This document shows positions 18,387-27,567 of a stretch of 64,000 nucleotides of DNA, piece by piece. Source of the stretch: Armatimonadota bacterium (GTDB lineage: Bacteria; Armatimonadota; SYMT01); NCBI GenBank assembly GCA_046292385.1, contig JBKBRF010000030.1, positions 12,063 to 76,062 of the forward strand, in the 5' to 3' direction. Under the pieces are notes generated by a model, which was not told the DNA's origin, did not search any database, and saw nothing but the letters and a program-made list of their open reading frames with translations. The first letter of the stretch is position 1, and each line of letters begins with the position of its first letter. The position numbers and the translations under genes were made by a program.

Positions 18387-20393
18387 TCAGGCTGTGGGCG
18401 TGGGGCGGTCTTCGGCAGCGAAGCCTGGACCCTTGAGCAGATGGCGAATCGCCTCCGGATCGACCGGCTTGGTCAGGTGGTGGTCGAAGCCGGCCTGCTC
18501 GGCCTGCTCCCGGTCATGAGGACGGCCGTAGCCAGTGACGGCGACCAGCGGAATATGCCGGAGCTCCGGGTTGCTGCGCAGCCGCCGCGCGACCTCGTAG
18601 CCGTCCATCCCCGGGAGACCGATATCGAGGATGACCAGCTCCGGCTTGTGCAGGCCGGCTTCCAGCAGCGCGGAGGCGCCGTCGTGCGCCACCGCCACGT
18701 GGTGTCCCCACAGCTCCAGCAGCTCCGAGAGCGTCTCCGCGGCGTCGACGTTATCGTCCACCACCAGAATCTGCTTGCCGCTGACCGGTACGGGAGTGGC
18801 GGCCTCCGGACCCCCGGCATCCGCGGCGAGCGGCACGCCGGTGGTGACTGGAAGCCACACGGTGAACTCGCTGCCGCGCCCGGCGCCCTCACTGTGAGCC
18901 TCGATGGTGCCGCCATGGAGCTCGACGAGGTTCTTGACCAGGGTGAGCCCGATTCCGAGACCCTGCTGATCGGCCTCTCCGGCGTGATCCAGGCGCGTGA
19001 ACAGCTGGAACACCTCGCCGAGACGCCCGGTGGGGATGCCCTGGCCGGTATCCTTCACCCGGATGCACACCTGATCGGCGGCTCGCTCCACCCGTAGCTC
19101 GATGCGGCCTCCCGGCGGCGTGTACTTCGCCGCGTTGTTCAGCAGGTTGCCGATCACCTGGGTGAGCCGAGCCGGATCCGCGAAGAGGCACAACGGGGCC
19201 TCTTCGAGCCGGACCTCGAGCTGGTGCGCCCGGCTCTCGATCAGCGGCGCCGCCATCTGCACCGCCTGTTCTAGCAGGCTCCGCAGATCCACGCGCTCCA
19301 GCCGCAGCTCGATGGTCCCCCGCGTAATCCGCGCGACGTCGAGCAGGTCGTCAATCAGCCGCGCCATGTGACGGATCTGCCGCTCGATCACCAGCCGCTG
19401 GCGCCGGACGACCTCCGGCGAGGAGTTTTCCTGGAGGATCGCCGTGGCGGAGAGGATGGGGGCAAGAGGATTGCGCAGCTCATGCCCCAGGATCGCCAGG
19501 AACCGGTTCTTCTCGGCATCGGCAGCAGCCAGCGCCTCGGCCTGACGTCGGAGCTGCTCCTCGTTCCGCTTCTGATCGGTGACGTCGGTACAGAGACCCA
19601 CCCATTCGCGAACGCCGCCGTCCCGATCCAGCACCGGCACCCCGCGGGAGGCGAAGTGCCGGTAGGTTCCGTCACTGGCAAGCAGCCGGTACTCCGTGGC
19701 GTACAGTGTCCGAGTCCGGCACGCGTCCAGCCAGCTAGCCCGCACCCGCTCCCGATCATCCGGGTGCAGGTCGTCCAGCCAGCGGAGCCCGAGAGTCGTC
19801 TCCGCCTCCTTTCCGGTTACCTGCCGCCAGCCCGGCATGTCCTGCGTGACGTTTCCGGCCTCATCAGTGGTCCAGACGACCTGGGAGATCGCCTCGACCA
19901 GGCTGCGATACCGCTGCTCGCTGGTGCGCAGCGCTGCTTCGAGCCGGGTACGCTCCCGGCGCTCATCCCGCTCCCGAAGCGCCCGCTGCACCGCGGGAGT
20001 CAGGCGCTCCAGCCGGTCCTTCAACACGTAATCCGTGGCACCCCGCTTCAGCGTGTCGATCGCCAGCTCTTCTCCCAGCGCGCCGGTCACGAAGAGAAAG
20101 GGGATGTCGGGGCGATAGGCTCGGGTCAGCTCCAGGGCGGTGATTCCGTCGAACGACGGCAGGGAGTAGTCGGCGAGGATCAGGTCCGGGTCGCGCGCCA
20201 GCTCGCGGGTGAAATCCGCCTCGGTGTCGACTCGCACCGCTTCGACGAGCTCCAGACCCCCGTCCGTGAGGTGCGCCAGGGCCAGCTCCGCGTCGAGCGG
20301 GCTGTCCTCGAGCAGCAGCAGCCGCAGCGGCTCCGGGGCCCTCCCCGGAGTCGCCGTACTGCTTTCCGCCGTGTTGTCCGTTGGATGGTACAT
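18387..20393 (-). CDS. Hybrid sensor histidine kinase (REC-PAS-HisKA-HATPase-REC)
   Basis: LLLEDS and ILADY receiver, PAS with LHPDD, GHELRNPL H-box, NAAKYT, GLGIGL and a C-terminal receiver. Confidence 0.93.
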   Translation of the reverse strand: MYHPTDNTAESSTATPGRAPEPLRLLLLEDSPLDAELALAHLTDGGLELVEAVRVDTEADFTRELARDPDLILADYSLPSFDGITALELTRAYRPDIPFLFVTGALGEELAIDTLKRGATDYVLKDRLERLTPAVQRALRERDERRERTRLEAALRTSEQRYRSLVEAISQVVWTTDEAGNVTQDMPGWRQVTGKEAETTLGLRWLDDLHPDDRERVRASWLDACRTRTLYATEYRLLASDGTYRHFASRGVPVLDRDGGVREWVGLCTDVTDQKRNEEQLRRQAEALAAADAEKNRFLAILGHELRNPLAPILSATAILQENSSPEVVRRQRLVIERQIRHMARLIDDLLDVARITRGTIELRLERVDLRSLLEQAVQMAAPLIESRAHQLEVRLEEAPLCLFADPARLTQVIGNLLNNAAKYTPPGGRIELRVERAADQVCIRVKDTGQGIPTGRLGEVFQLFTRLDHAGEADQQGLGIGLTLVKNLVELHGGTIEAHSEGAGRGSEFTVWLPVTTGVPLAADAGGPEAATPVPVSGKQILVVDDNVDAAETLSELLELWGHHVAVAHDGASALLEAGLHKPELVILDIGLPGMDGYEVARRLRSNPELRHIPLVAVTGYGRPHDREQAEQAGFDHHLTKPVDPEAIRHLLKGPGFAAEDRPTPTA

Positions 20394-20412
20394 GCGATGG
20401 CCGAGCCGCGCG

Positions 20413-20871
20413 CTACTGTTTCACCGAGCCGGGCGGCGGCTGGTTGATGATCGCCCAGAACAATCCGAGCTCGCGGATGGCGCTGACGAACTCGGTAAAG
20501 TCGACCGGCTTGACCACGTAAGCGTTCACGCCGAGGCTGTAGCTCCGGATCAGGTCCTTCTCCTCGTTGGATGAAGTGAGCATCACGACCGGGACGTAGC
20601 GGAGGCCGTCGTTCTGGCGCATCTGCTCCAGCACCTCGAGGCCGTCTACCTTCGGGAGCTTCAGGTCGAGGAGCACCACCGCCGGGTTGCCTTCCGCGCG
20701 CAGCCGGAATATTCCCCGCCGGTTCAGGTAGTCGAGCGCCTCCTGCCCATCCCGCACCACTACCACCTCGTTCGCCAGGTGGTTCTCCTCCATGGCGTTC
20801 AGGACCAGCTCGATGTCGTTCGGGCTGTCTTCCACGAGCAGGATGCGCTTCAACTCCGCGGCGGGTTCCAT
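20413..20871 (-). CDS. Single-domain response regulator (Rcp1-like)
   Basis: Motifs ILLVEDSPND, VLLDLKLPKVDG, VVMLTSS and NAYVVKP. Confidence 0.93.
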   Translation of the reverse strand: MEPAAELKRILLVEDSPNDIELVLNAMEENHLANEVVVVRDGQEALDYLNRRGIFRLRAEGNPAVVLLDLKLPKVDGLEVLEQMRQNDGLRYVPVVMLTSSNEEKDLIRSYSLGVNAYVVKPVDFTEFVSAIRELGLFWAIINQPPPGSVKQ

Positions 20872-23800
20872 CACCGGTCCTTTCCGTTCAGATCTGGCAG
20901 TGAGAAGTAAAACGTGGCGCCTCGATCCAGCTCGCCCTCGGCCCAGACCCGTCCGCCGTGCCGATGGATGATGCGGCGCACGTTGGCGAGTCCGATACCG
21001 GTGCCTTCGAAGTCTTCCGCGCGATGCAGGCGCTGGAAGACGCCGAAGAGCTTGTTGGCGTACTGCATATCGAATCCGACGCCGTTGTCCCGCACGAAGA
21101 AGATTGTCTCGTCCTCACCCCGGTAGGTGCCGATCTCGACTCGCGCCTGGGCGCGAGGCCGGCTGTACTTCACGGCGTTCGAGGCGAGATTCCGGAGCAC
21201 CAGCCGGAGCATCGAGGCATCGGCTTGCACCGAGGGGAGCGGTGCGATTGCCCACTCGATCTCCCGCCCCAGCATCTCCGGCTCCAGGTCCCGGCGCACT
21301 TCCTCGACCAGGCGGTTCAAGTCCACCGTCATGAACCGCATCTCCGCCCGACCCATGCGGGAGAAGGCGAGCAGGTCATCCACCAGCGCGCCCGCATGCT
21401 TTGCCGATTCGCGGATGGTACGCAGGTAGCGGCGGCTCGCCTCGTCGAGCGCCCCCGCGGCCCGTTTCTCCAGCATATCCGCAAATCCGGAGATGTGGCG
21501 TACCGGCGCTCTCAGGTCGTGCGACACCGAGTACGAGAATGCTTCCAGCTCCCGGTTTGCGTCCTGGAGGGCTGCGGTCCGCTCCTGCACGCGGCGCTCC
21601 AGCGTGGCATTCAACCGGCGGATCTCCTCTTCGGCGCGCTTGCGCTCGATCCCCTGCGCGATGACGCCCGCCACGGAGGCGAGCGCCTGGAGGGTGTCTT
21701 CCGGCAGCGCCTCTCGCGCAAACAGCGCCAGCACTCCGACCAGCCGCTCTTCCACCACGAGCGGATAGCCGGCAAAGGCCTGCATCCCTTCCCGCCGCGC
21801 CCACTCCTGGTTGCTCACGCGGGAATCGGTCTGAACCGAGTTCGTCAGGTGAGGCAGCCGCTCTTCGGCGATGCGGCCGATCTTGAACGCGCCGACCGGC
21901 ACCCGCCCGTGTGCGCCGTCGATGTGCGTGTAGAGCCCCGCGCTCGCCTCCAGCTCCAGGACGTTCTCTTCCGCGTTGAGGGTCCAGACCCGGGCGAACG
22001 CCGCGCCGAGGTGGTCCACGATCGCCTGGGTGCACCGCTGCAGCGACCGGCGAAGCGAGCCGGTTTCATTCAGGGCCAGGCCCACCTCGGCCACCAGCGC
22101 CGCCTGCCGGGCGCGCCGCTCCTCGACCCGACGCGCTGACTCCGTCTCGTTATAGAGCCGCGCGTTATCGAGCGCGACCGAAGCCAGCTGCGCGAGCTGC
22201 AGGAGGACCGCCTCGTCCTCCTCTGTGAACTCCCCTTCGTACCGGTCGGAGAGCTGGATCAGGCCGATGTTCCGTCCGTCTCGAGACGTCAGCGGCACCG
22301 CCAGCCAACCCCGCATCGGCGGGTGCTGGTCGGCCCACTTGCCGAACCCCCTCCACTGCGGGTGACGGACCAGCTCCTCCTGGGTGAGACGCATCGGCTG
22401 GTTCAGCCGGCAGACTTCCGCATAGATGCCGGACCCGTCCGGGGGCTCGACAAAGTCCTTCCACCGAGCGTACTTCTCCGACAGGGAAAGACCCGTAATC
22501 GCCTGGCTCCAGTTGTGGTCGATGGTCAGGCTGACCACCCCCTGGTGCGCGCCGATAATCTCCCGCGCCTGGTGGGTGATGGTGTCCAGCAGCTCCTGTA
22601 CCGACAGCGTCAGGTTGATCGCCAGCGAAGCATCCGTGATCTTCCGCTGGCGCTCGGCATGCTCCCGCTCTCGCTGCAGCAGCCGTCGGCGCTCCGTAAC
22701 GTCCTGCATCGCCCCGACCAGGCGGATCGGACGGCCGGACTCGTCGTGGATAGCGTAGCCGCGGTCGAAGATCAGCGCGTAGCTGCCATCCGCCTTCTGG
22801 AAGCGATACTCGTCCGACCAGGAGCGGCCGCCATGATCGATGACGGCGTGGATCCCGCCCACCACTCGCTGCCGATCGTCCGGATGGATCTGCTCATACC
22901 ACCAGCTCGCGTCCGCCGGAATCGCCTCCCGCTCGTATCCGAAGAGGCTGCGCACGCCCTCGTTCCACCAGACGGTGTTCTCCACCAGGTTCCAGTCCCA
23001 GATCGCGTCGTTCGTGGCGCGGGAGACGATCTCAAACCGCTCCACGCTCTCCCGCAGCGCCTGCTGGGCCTGCTTCTCCTCGGTGAGATCCCGCACCTCG
23101 ACCACGGTCCCGATCGGGATTCCGTCCCGGAAGATCGGCTCCGCCGCCACCAGCACGGGGAAGAAGGTGCCGTCCTTCCGGATGAAGACGTCCTCGTGAG
23201 CGCGGACCTGGTTCTTTTCCGGCAGCGCCCGGTCGATGGGACACTCGGTAAGGGGATAGGGGCGGCCGTCCGGGTGGTGGTGGTGGATCGCGTCGTGCAG
23301 CGGAAGGTCCCGCAGCTCCTCCAGCCGGTAGCCGATCATCGCCTCCGCCGCCGGGTTCATGAAGGTGCAGCGCCCCTGCGTGTCCATCATGAACAGCGCC
23401 GCCGTGGCGTTGTCCGTGATGGTCCGGTTCAGGTTCGCCAGCTCCTGGATGCGTTCGCGCGTCCGCACGTGCTCGGTCACGTCCACGCCGTGGACGAAAA
23501 CCCCGGAGATCGAGCCATCCGCCTCCCGGAGCGGCTGGAACACGAAGTTGACGATCACCTCCTGCGGCGGGCCGCCGGGCTCGTGCTGGATCGTCACGGG
23601 CATCTCCGTGCCCACGAACGGCTCGCCGGTCTCGCAAACCCGGTCGAGCAGCTCGAAATACCCCTGCCCCTCTACCTCCGGCAGCGCCTCCCGCACCGGC
23701 TTGCCCAGGATCTCCCGATGCCCGACCAGCTGCAGATAGGCGGGGTTGGCGATCTCGAACACGTGGTCCGGTCCCCGCAGCGCGGCGATGAACGCCGGCG

Positions 23801-24686
23801 CCTGGGTGAAGACGTCGCGGAGCCTTTGCCGCTCCGTCTCGAGCTGCTGCTCGAGCTGCCGAAGCCCCGACACATCGGAATGCAGCCCGATCCACTCCCG
23901 AACGGAGCCATCCCGATCGAGAATCGGGATCCCGCGAACCAGCATCGAGCGGTAAACTCCGTCCCGTCGACGAAGTCGATGCTCGACCTCGTACGACACC
24001 TTTCGCTCGACCGCCGACATCCAGGTGGCGATGGTCTGATCCCGGTCTTCCGGATGGACGGCCTGCAGCCAGCCCTCTCCCCGGTATTCCTCCCACGATT
24101 GTCCCGTAAAGGCTTCCCACTCCGGAATCGGGTTCTCGATCCGTCCTGTGGGGGCCACGTTCCAGGCGATGGAGGCGGTCGCCCGCACGAGGGAGCGATA
24201 CCGCGCCTCGCTCTCGAGCAGCGCTTGTTGGGCCTGCTTCTCCTCGGTGACGTCCCGCACCTCGACCACGGTTCCGATCGGGACTCCGTCCCGGAAGATC
24301 GGCTCCGCCGCCACCAGCACGGGGAAGAAGGTGCCGTCCTTCCGGATGAAGACGTCCTCGTGGGCGCGGACCTGGTTCTTCTCCGGCAGCGCCCGGTCGA
24401 TGGGGCACTCGGTGAGGGGATAGGGGCGGCCGTCCGGGTGGTGATGGTGGATCGCGTCGTGCAGCGGAAGGTCCCGCAGCTCCTCCAGCCGGTAGCCGAT
24501 CATCGCCTCCGCCGCCGGGTTCATGAAGGTGCAGCGCCCCTGCGTGTCCATCATGAACAGCGCCGCCGTGGCGTTCGCGGCAATCGTCGCTGCGAGCGAG
24601 CCTTCGATTACCCGTTCCGGCTCGGGCGCGGGACCCGCGTCGGGCCCCGAGATCAGGATTTCGGTAGCGGAAGTAACGGCACTCAC
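20871..24686 (-). CDS. Multi-PAS / GAF sensor histidine kinase
   Basis: About five PAS domains, two GAF domains, [13 protein letters not shown]-box and FEGTGIGLA. Start uncertain: GTG at 24686 chosen, frame open to 24863. Confidence 0.9.
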   Translation of the reverse strand: MSAVTSATEILISGPDAGPAPEPERVIEGSLAATIAANATAALFMMDTQGRCTFMNPAAEAMIGYRLEELRDLPLHDAIHHHHPDGRPYPLTECPIDRALPEKNQVRAHEDVFIRKDGTFFPVLVAAEPIFRDGVPIGTVVEVRDVTEEKQAQQALLESEARYRSLVRATASIAWNVAPTGRIENPIPEWEAFTGQSWEEYRGEGWLQAVHPEDRDQTIATWMSAVERKVSYEVEHRLRRRDGVYRSMLVRGIPILDRDGSVREWIGLHSDVSGLRQLEQQLETERQRLRDVFTQAPAFIAALRGPDHVFEIANPAYLQLVGHREILGKPVREALPEVEGQGYFELLDRVCETGEPFVGTEMPVTIQHEPGGPPQEVIVNFVFQPLREADGSISGVFVHGVDVTEHVRTRERIQELANLNRTITDNATAALFMMDTQGRCTFMNPAAEAMIGYRLEELRDLPLHDAIHHHHPDGRPYPLTECPIDRALPEKNQVRAHEDVFIRKDGTFFPVLVAAEPIFRDGIPIGTVVEVRDLTEEKQAQQALRESVERFEIVSRATNDAIWDWNLVENTVWWNEGVRSLFGYEREAIPADASWWYEQIHPDDRQRVVGGIHAVIDHGGRSWSDEYRFQKADGSYALIFDRGYAIHDESGRPIRLVGAMQDVTERRRLLQREREHAERQRKITDASLAINLTLSVQELLDTITHQAREIIGAHQGVVSLTIDHNWSQAITGLSLSEKYARWKDFVEPPDGSGIYAEVCRLNQPMRLTQEELVRHPQWRGFGKWADQHPPMRGWLAVPLTSRDGRNIGLIQLSDRYEGEFTEEDEAVLLQLAQLASVALDNARLYNETESARRVEERRARQAALVAEVGLALNETGSLRRSLQRCTQAIVDHLGAAFARVWTLNAEENVLELEASAGLYTHIDGAHGRVPVGAFKIGRIAEERLPHLTNSVQTDSRVSNQEWARREGMQAFAGYPLVVEERLVGVLALFAREALPEDTLQALASVAGVIAQGIERKRAEEEIRRLNATLERRVQERTAALQDANRELEAFSYSVSHDLRAPVRHISGFADMLEKRAAGALDEASRRYLRTIRESAKHAGALVDDLLAFSRMGRAEMRFMTVDLNRLVEEVRRDLEPEMLGREIEWAIAPLPSVQADASMLRLVLRNLASNAVKYSRPRAQARVEIGTYRGEDETIFFVRDNGVGFDMQYANKLFGVFQRLHRAEDFEGTGIGLANVRRIIHRHGGRVWAEGELDRGATFYFSLPDLNGKDR
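23054..24575. repeat. Intragenic direct duplication (~355 bp) of a PAS domain: 23054-23411 and 24218-24575
   Basis: Near-identical nucleotide blocks 1164 bp (388 codons) apart, both encoding [15 protein letters not shown]...EEKQAQQAL. Confidence 0.92.
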
Positions 24687-24995
24687 CGGTGTAGCGGGTC
24701 CTGGTCGAAAAGGGAGCGACGGAAGCGGGAGACCTGCCCGGCGACGGTTGCTCCGCAGCGGGAGCCAGCTTTCGAACGGTTGGCAGCCAAAGGAGCAAGC
24801 GGGGAGCCGCTCGGAGGCCGCCGGAGCGAGGAGTCGGGAAGGCTCAAGCACAGGTATAACCACCCGAGCGCCGCCGTAAACCTGGTGGAAGCGAGCGCGG
24901 CGGGGTGCCTTCGGTAACTCCGCGGGCGGCCGCCCCCTTTCCCAGGCGTGTCTCGGCCGCGTCTCCGGCGCGGCCGAATTTCCCGCGCCGGGCTC

Positions 24996-25024
24996 TTGAC
25001 TTCGATCCGGCCCTCACCTATAAT
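24996..25024 (+). promoter_or_regulatory. Sigma70-type promoter of the tRNA operon
   Basis: TTGACT-17 bp-TATAAT just upstream of tRNA-Phe. Confidence 0.85.
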
Positions 25025-25049
25025 CACCCTCGCCGCCGGAACAGGCTGC

Positions 25050-25122
<73 letters not shown>

Positions 25123-25140
25123 CTTAACACACTTCCGGCC

Positions 25141-25213
25141 GCCGACGTAGCTCAGTTGGCAGAGCAGCTGTTTCGTAAACAGCAGGTCACCGGTTCGAGC
25201 CCGGTCGTCGGCT
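25141..25213 (+). tRNA. tRNA-Thr (CGT)
   Basis: Acceptor GCCGACG/CGTCGGC, anticodon arm GCTGT-TTCGTAA-ACAGC and GGTTCGAGCC T-loop. CCA is not encoded. Confidence 0.95.
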
Positions 25214-25230
25214 ACCCCGTCCCACCTCCT

Positions 25231-25265
25231 GAAGGCGCCCTTTGCGGCGCCTTCTCGTGTTTTCT
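25231..25265 (+). terminator. Likely intrinsic terminator after the tRNAs
   Basis: GAAGGCGCC-ctttgc-GGCGCCTTC hairpin followed by a T-rich tract. Confidence 0.6.
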
Positions 25266-25360
25266 GCCCCTGCCTGTGGCGAGCATCGCAGCAGCTTCGG
25301 CCGTCGATTCCCCGCGAGTGAATCGCGCCTGCCGCGGGAACAGTCCTGCGGGAGGACGTT

Positions 25361-25624
25361 ATGCCAGAAGTACGGTGTACCGTTTGTAACTGCGAGTACT
25401 GGGACGAGGGGAACGCCTGCTCCGCGGGGCAGATCCTGATTACGGCGGGAGGGGTCGGGACGGATGACCCGGCGGGCGAGCAGGCGGCGCGGCTGCCGGC
25501 GACGCCGATCCCGACCGCCGCCTACAGCCTCTGCCGGACCTACACGCCGCGCGGCTCGGAGGATCCGGACGAGGTGGAGACCGGCTCGGAGGTGGAGGCG
25601 AATCTCGATCTGCCCTTGCGCTGA
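25361..25624 (+). CDS. DUF1540-like Cys-rich small protein
   Basis: V.CTV.NCEYW...N.C.A..I.I...C.TY pattern, with a GGAGG RBS. Confidence 0.8.
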   Translation: MPEVRCTVCNCEYWDEGNACSAGQILITAGGVGTDDPAGEQAARLPATPIPTAAYSLCRTYTPRGSEDPDEVETGSEVEANLDLPLR

Positions 25625-25734
25625 CGGCTGCTTTACTCTGCTGCCGGGCAGGTTAAGATAGGCCTGTCCGGCAGCCCGGCACGCTGCCGCGATGCTTTCG
25701 AAGAGTGCCGTCGAGCCGAACCGGAGAGCCCCCG

Positions 25735-25959
25735 ATGAAAGTGCGCATCGAGTACTGCACCGCTTGAAACTACCTGCCCCGGGCCGTGGGCCTGGCCGAC
25801 AAGGTGTTGAACCATTACAAGACGGCGATCAGCTCGCTGGAGCTCGTCCCCAGCAGTGGGGGAGTGTTCGAAGTCTCCGTGGATGGGGAGCTGGCGTTCT
25901 CCAAGAAGGAGAGCGGGCGGTTTCCGGAGTGGGAGGAGATCCGGGGGGCGTTGGCCTGA
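25735..25959 (+). CDS. SelT/SelW/SelH (Rdx) family selenoprotein, Sec at UGA 25765-25767
   Basis: Manual translation MKVRIEYCTA-U-NYLPRAVGLADKVLNHYKTAISSLELVPSSGGVFEVSVDGELAFSKKESGRFPEWEEIRGALA. It carries CxxU plus the GG.FEV.VDG..FSK..GRFP Rdx signature and has a GGAG RBS. Absent from the ORF track. Confidence 0.92.
25779..25795 (+). promoter_or_regulatory. Putative bacterial SECIS hairpin of the Rdx selenoprotein
   Basis: CCGGGCC-GTG-GGCCTGG stem-loop. The G-initiated apical loop lies 18 nt after the UGA. Confidence 0.6.
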
Positions 25960-26028
25960 CGTTTCGACACGTTCTGGGGGTTCGCAGGAGCACCCTCCTG
26001 GCGGACCGCCGGCCTTGCCCGAGGGCCG

Positions 26029-26570
26029 ACCCCGAGCCCTAGTCGGCCGATTCAGCCCTCCCGCGACGTGGGCCCTCCGCCGGCCCTTTCACACTCCGCT
26101 TCGCTCCGTTAGCGGGCCGCTCCGGGAGTGCGCTCCGGAATGCTCTTCCCGCGCCACAGCCACGGCATCCATCAAGGGCGCGGCTCACGGGCTGAATCGG
26201 CCGCCGTCGAGCTACCACCCCTGACTCCCAGGGGTGGTCACAAGTGGCGTCCTGCGGACGCGTCGGGTTGGTGCAGTTCGGGGGGCCTACGCTGCGCCAC
26301 GTTTAAGCAGAGCGCCAAAACCTGCGGAGCCCGGAGGCGGAGCCGGAGGGGTCCACTTGTGAAGACCCCTGGCGAGGGGTCTTCGCTTGAGCCGTCCGGA
26401 GCGGCCCGTGAGCCGCCCCGATGCGGACGCCGCAGCCTGCGACCGCGGAGCTCAGCAGCACGGGGAGTTCGCCCGGAGCAGTCCGCTAGCGGAGCCGCAG
26501 GCGGAGCGTGAAAGGACTGCGGGAGGGCCCAACTCGCGGGAGGGCCGGTCCGGCGGTGAGGGCGCGGGGT
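26029..26570. repeat. ~540-bp imperfect palindromic (REPIN-like) element, copy 2
   Basis: Collinear with 4791-5364. 26470-26529 is identical to 5263-5322 over 60 nt. Hairpins at 26214-26238 and 26361-26384. Confidence 0.85.
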
Positions 26571-26677
26571 GGGAACCTCGGGGAGATGCTGGGTTCGCCA
26601 CGCCAGCCCACATTCGCCGCACACCTCCGGTGGTGGGGATTCGGCCGGGCCGAACCCCCACTCCGGAACAGAGATTA

Positions 26678-27325
26678 TTACAGCGCGAACTCTCCGAAGA
26701 AGGCGTTGTTCTGGTCGGTGGCGCTCCAGGCCTTCAGGAGGGTGCCGTCGCGGTACTCCACGTTGACGCAGTAGCCGGTCTTCGCGGCCTTCACCGGGAT
26801 GAACGGCTTGCCCCAGACCTCGTACGGCTGCTTGCAGCAGAGCTCGGCGGTGCCCTTCTTGATCTTCATGGAGGCGCGGCCGTCGACCGCCACCGTGAAC
26901 ATGTCCTTGGCGGAGTCGAAGCGGACCGGCGCGACGCGGACGTCGACCACTTCGCCGAGGGCGCCCGCGGCGCGCTCCTTCAGCAGGGCGGCGGCGGCCT
27001 GGCGCTGGGCCGGCGTGGCGGCCTCGGAGAGGTAGACGACCGAGCGGCGCTTCGCGTCGTCGAACTTCAGGTGCTTGTCCGCGGCGACCACGGCGACCAC
27101 GTTCACGCCTTCCATCGAGACGCCCTGGTACTCGCCGCCGGTCATCTTCCACGCCAGCACCGCGTTGCGGCCGGCGGTCAGGATCTCACCCTCGTGGTGG
27201 CAGGCGCCGACGAAGACGTTCGCAGAGCGGGCCTCCACGTACTCGCCGGTGACGGCGGGCGCGGCCTGCGCGGCGCTCGCGAGGACGGCGGTCAGCGCGG
27301 TCGCGGCAAAGATGGAGAACTTCAT
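26678..27325 (-). CDS. Secreted DUF1326-like protein
   Basis: Signal peptide, GEYVEAR...GACH and AW....GEY.GV.MEG pattern. Confidence 0.7.
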   Translation of the reverse strand: MKFSIFAATALTAVLASAAQAAPAVTGEYVEARSANVFVGACHHEGEILTAGRNAVLAWKMTGGEYQGVSMEGVNVVAVVAADKHLKFDDAKRRSVVYLSEAATPAQRQAAAALLKERAAGALGEVVDVRVAPVRFDSAKDMFTVAVDGRASMKIKKGTAELCCKQPYEVWGKPFIPVKAAKTGYCVNVEYRDGTLLKAWSATDQNNAFFGEFAL

Positions 27326-27567
27326 CCCGGATTCCCTCCTGAGGTGCGGTGTGCCCCGCACGTTACAGATCACCTGTCAGGGTCGACCGGGTAGGCCGAC
27401 GAGCCGGGATCGCCCGGCGACACGGTTTACCTGAGTATTCTACGACACCTTGCCCCCGGTCGGGTTTCGCCAATCCGGCTCCATGGGGCCGCAACTCCCC
27501 GCGCGCCGCGAACTCTCAGTAGGTCAAAGCCGGAGCCTTGGATCGATCAGTCAACCCGGAAACTGGT

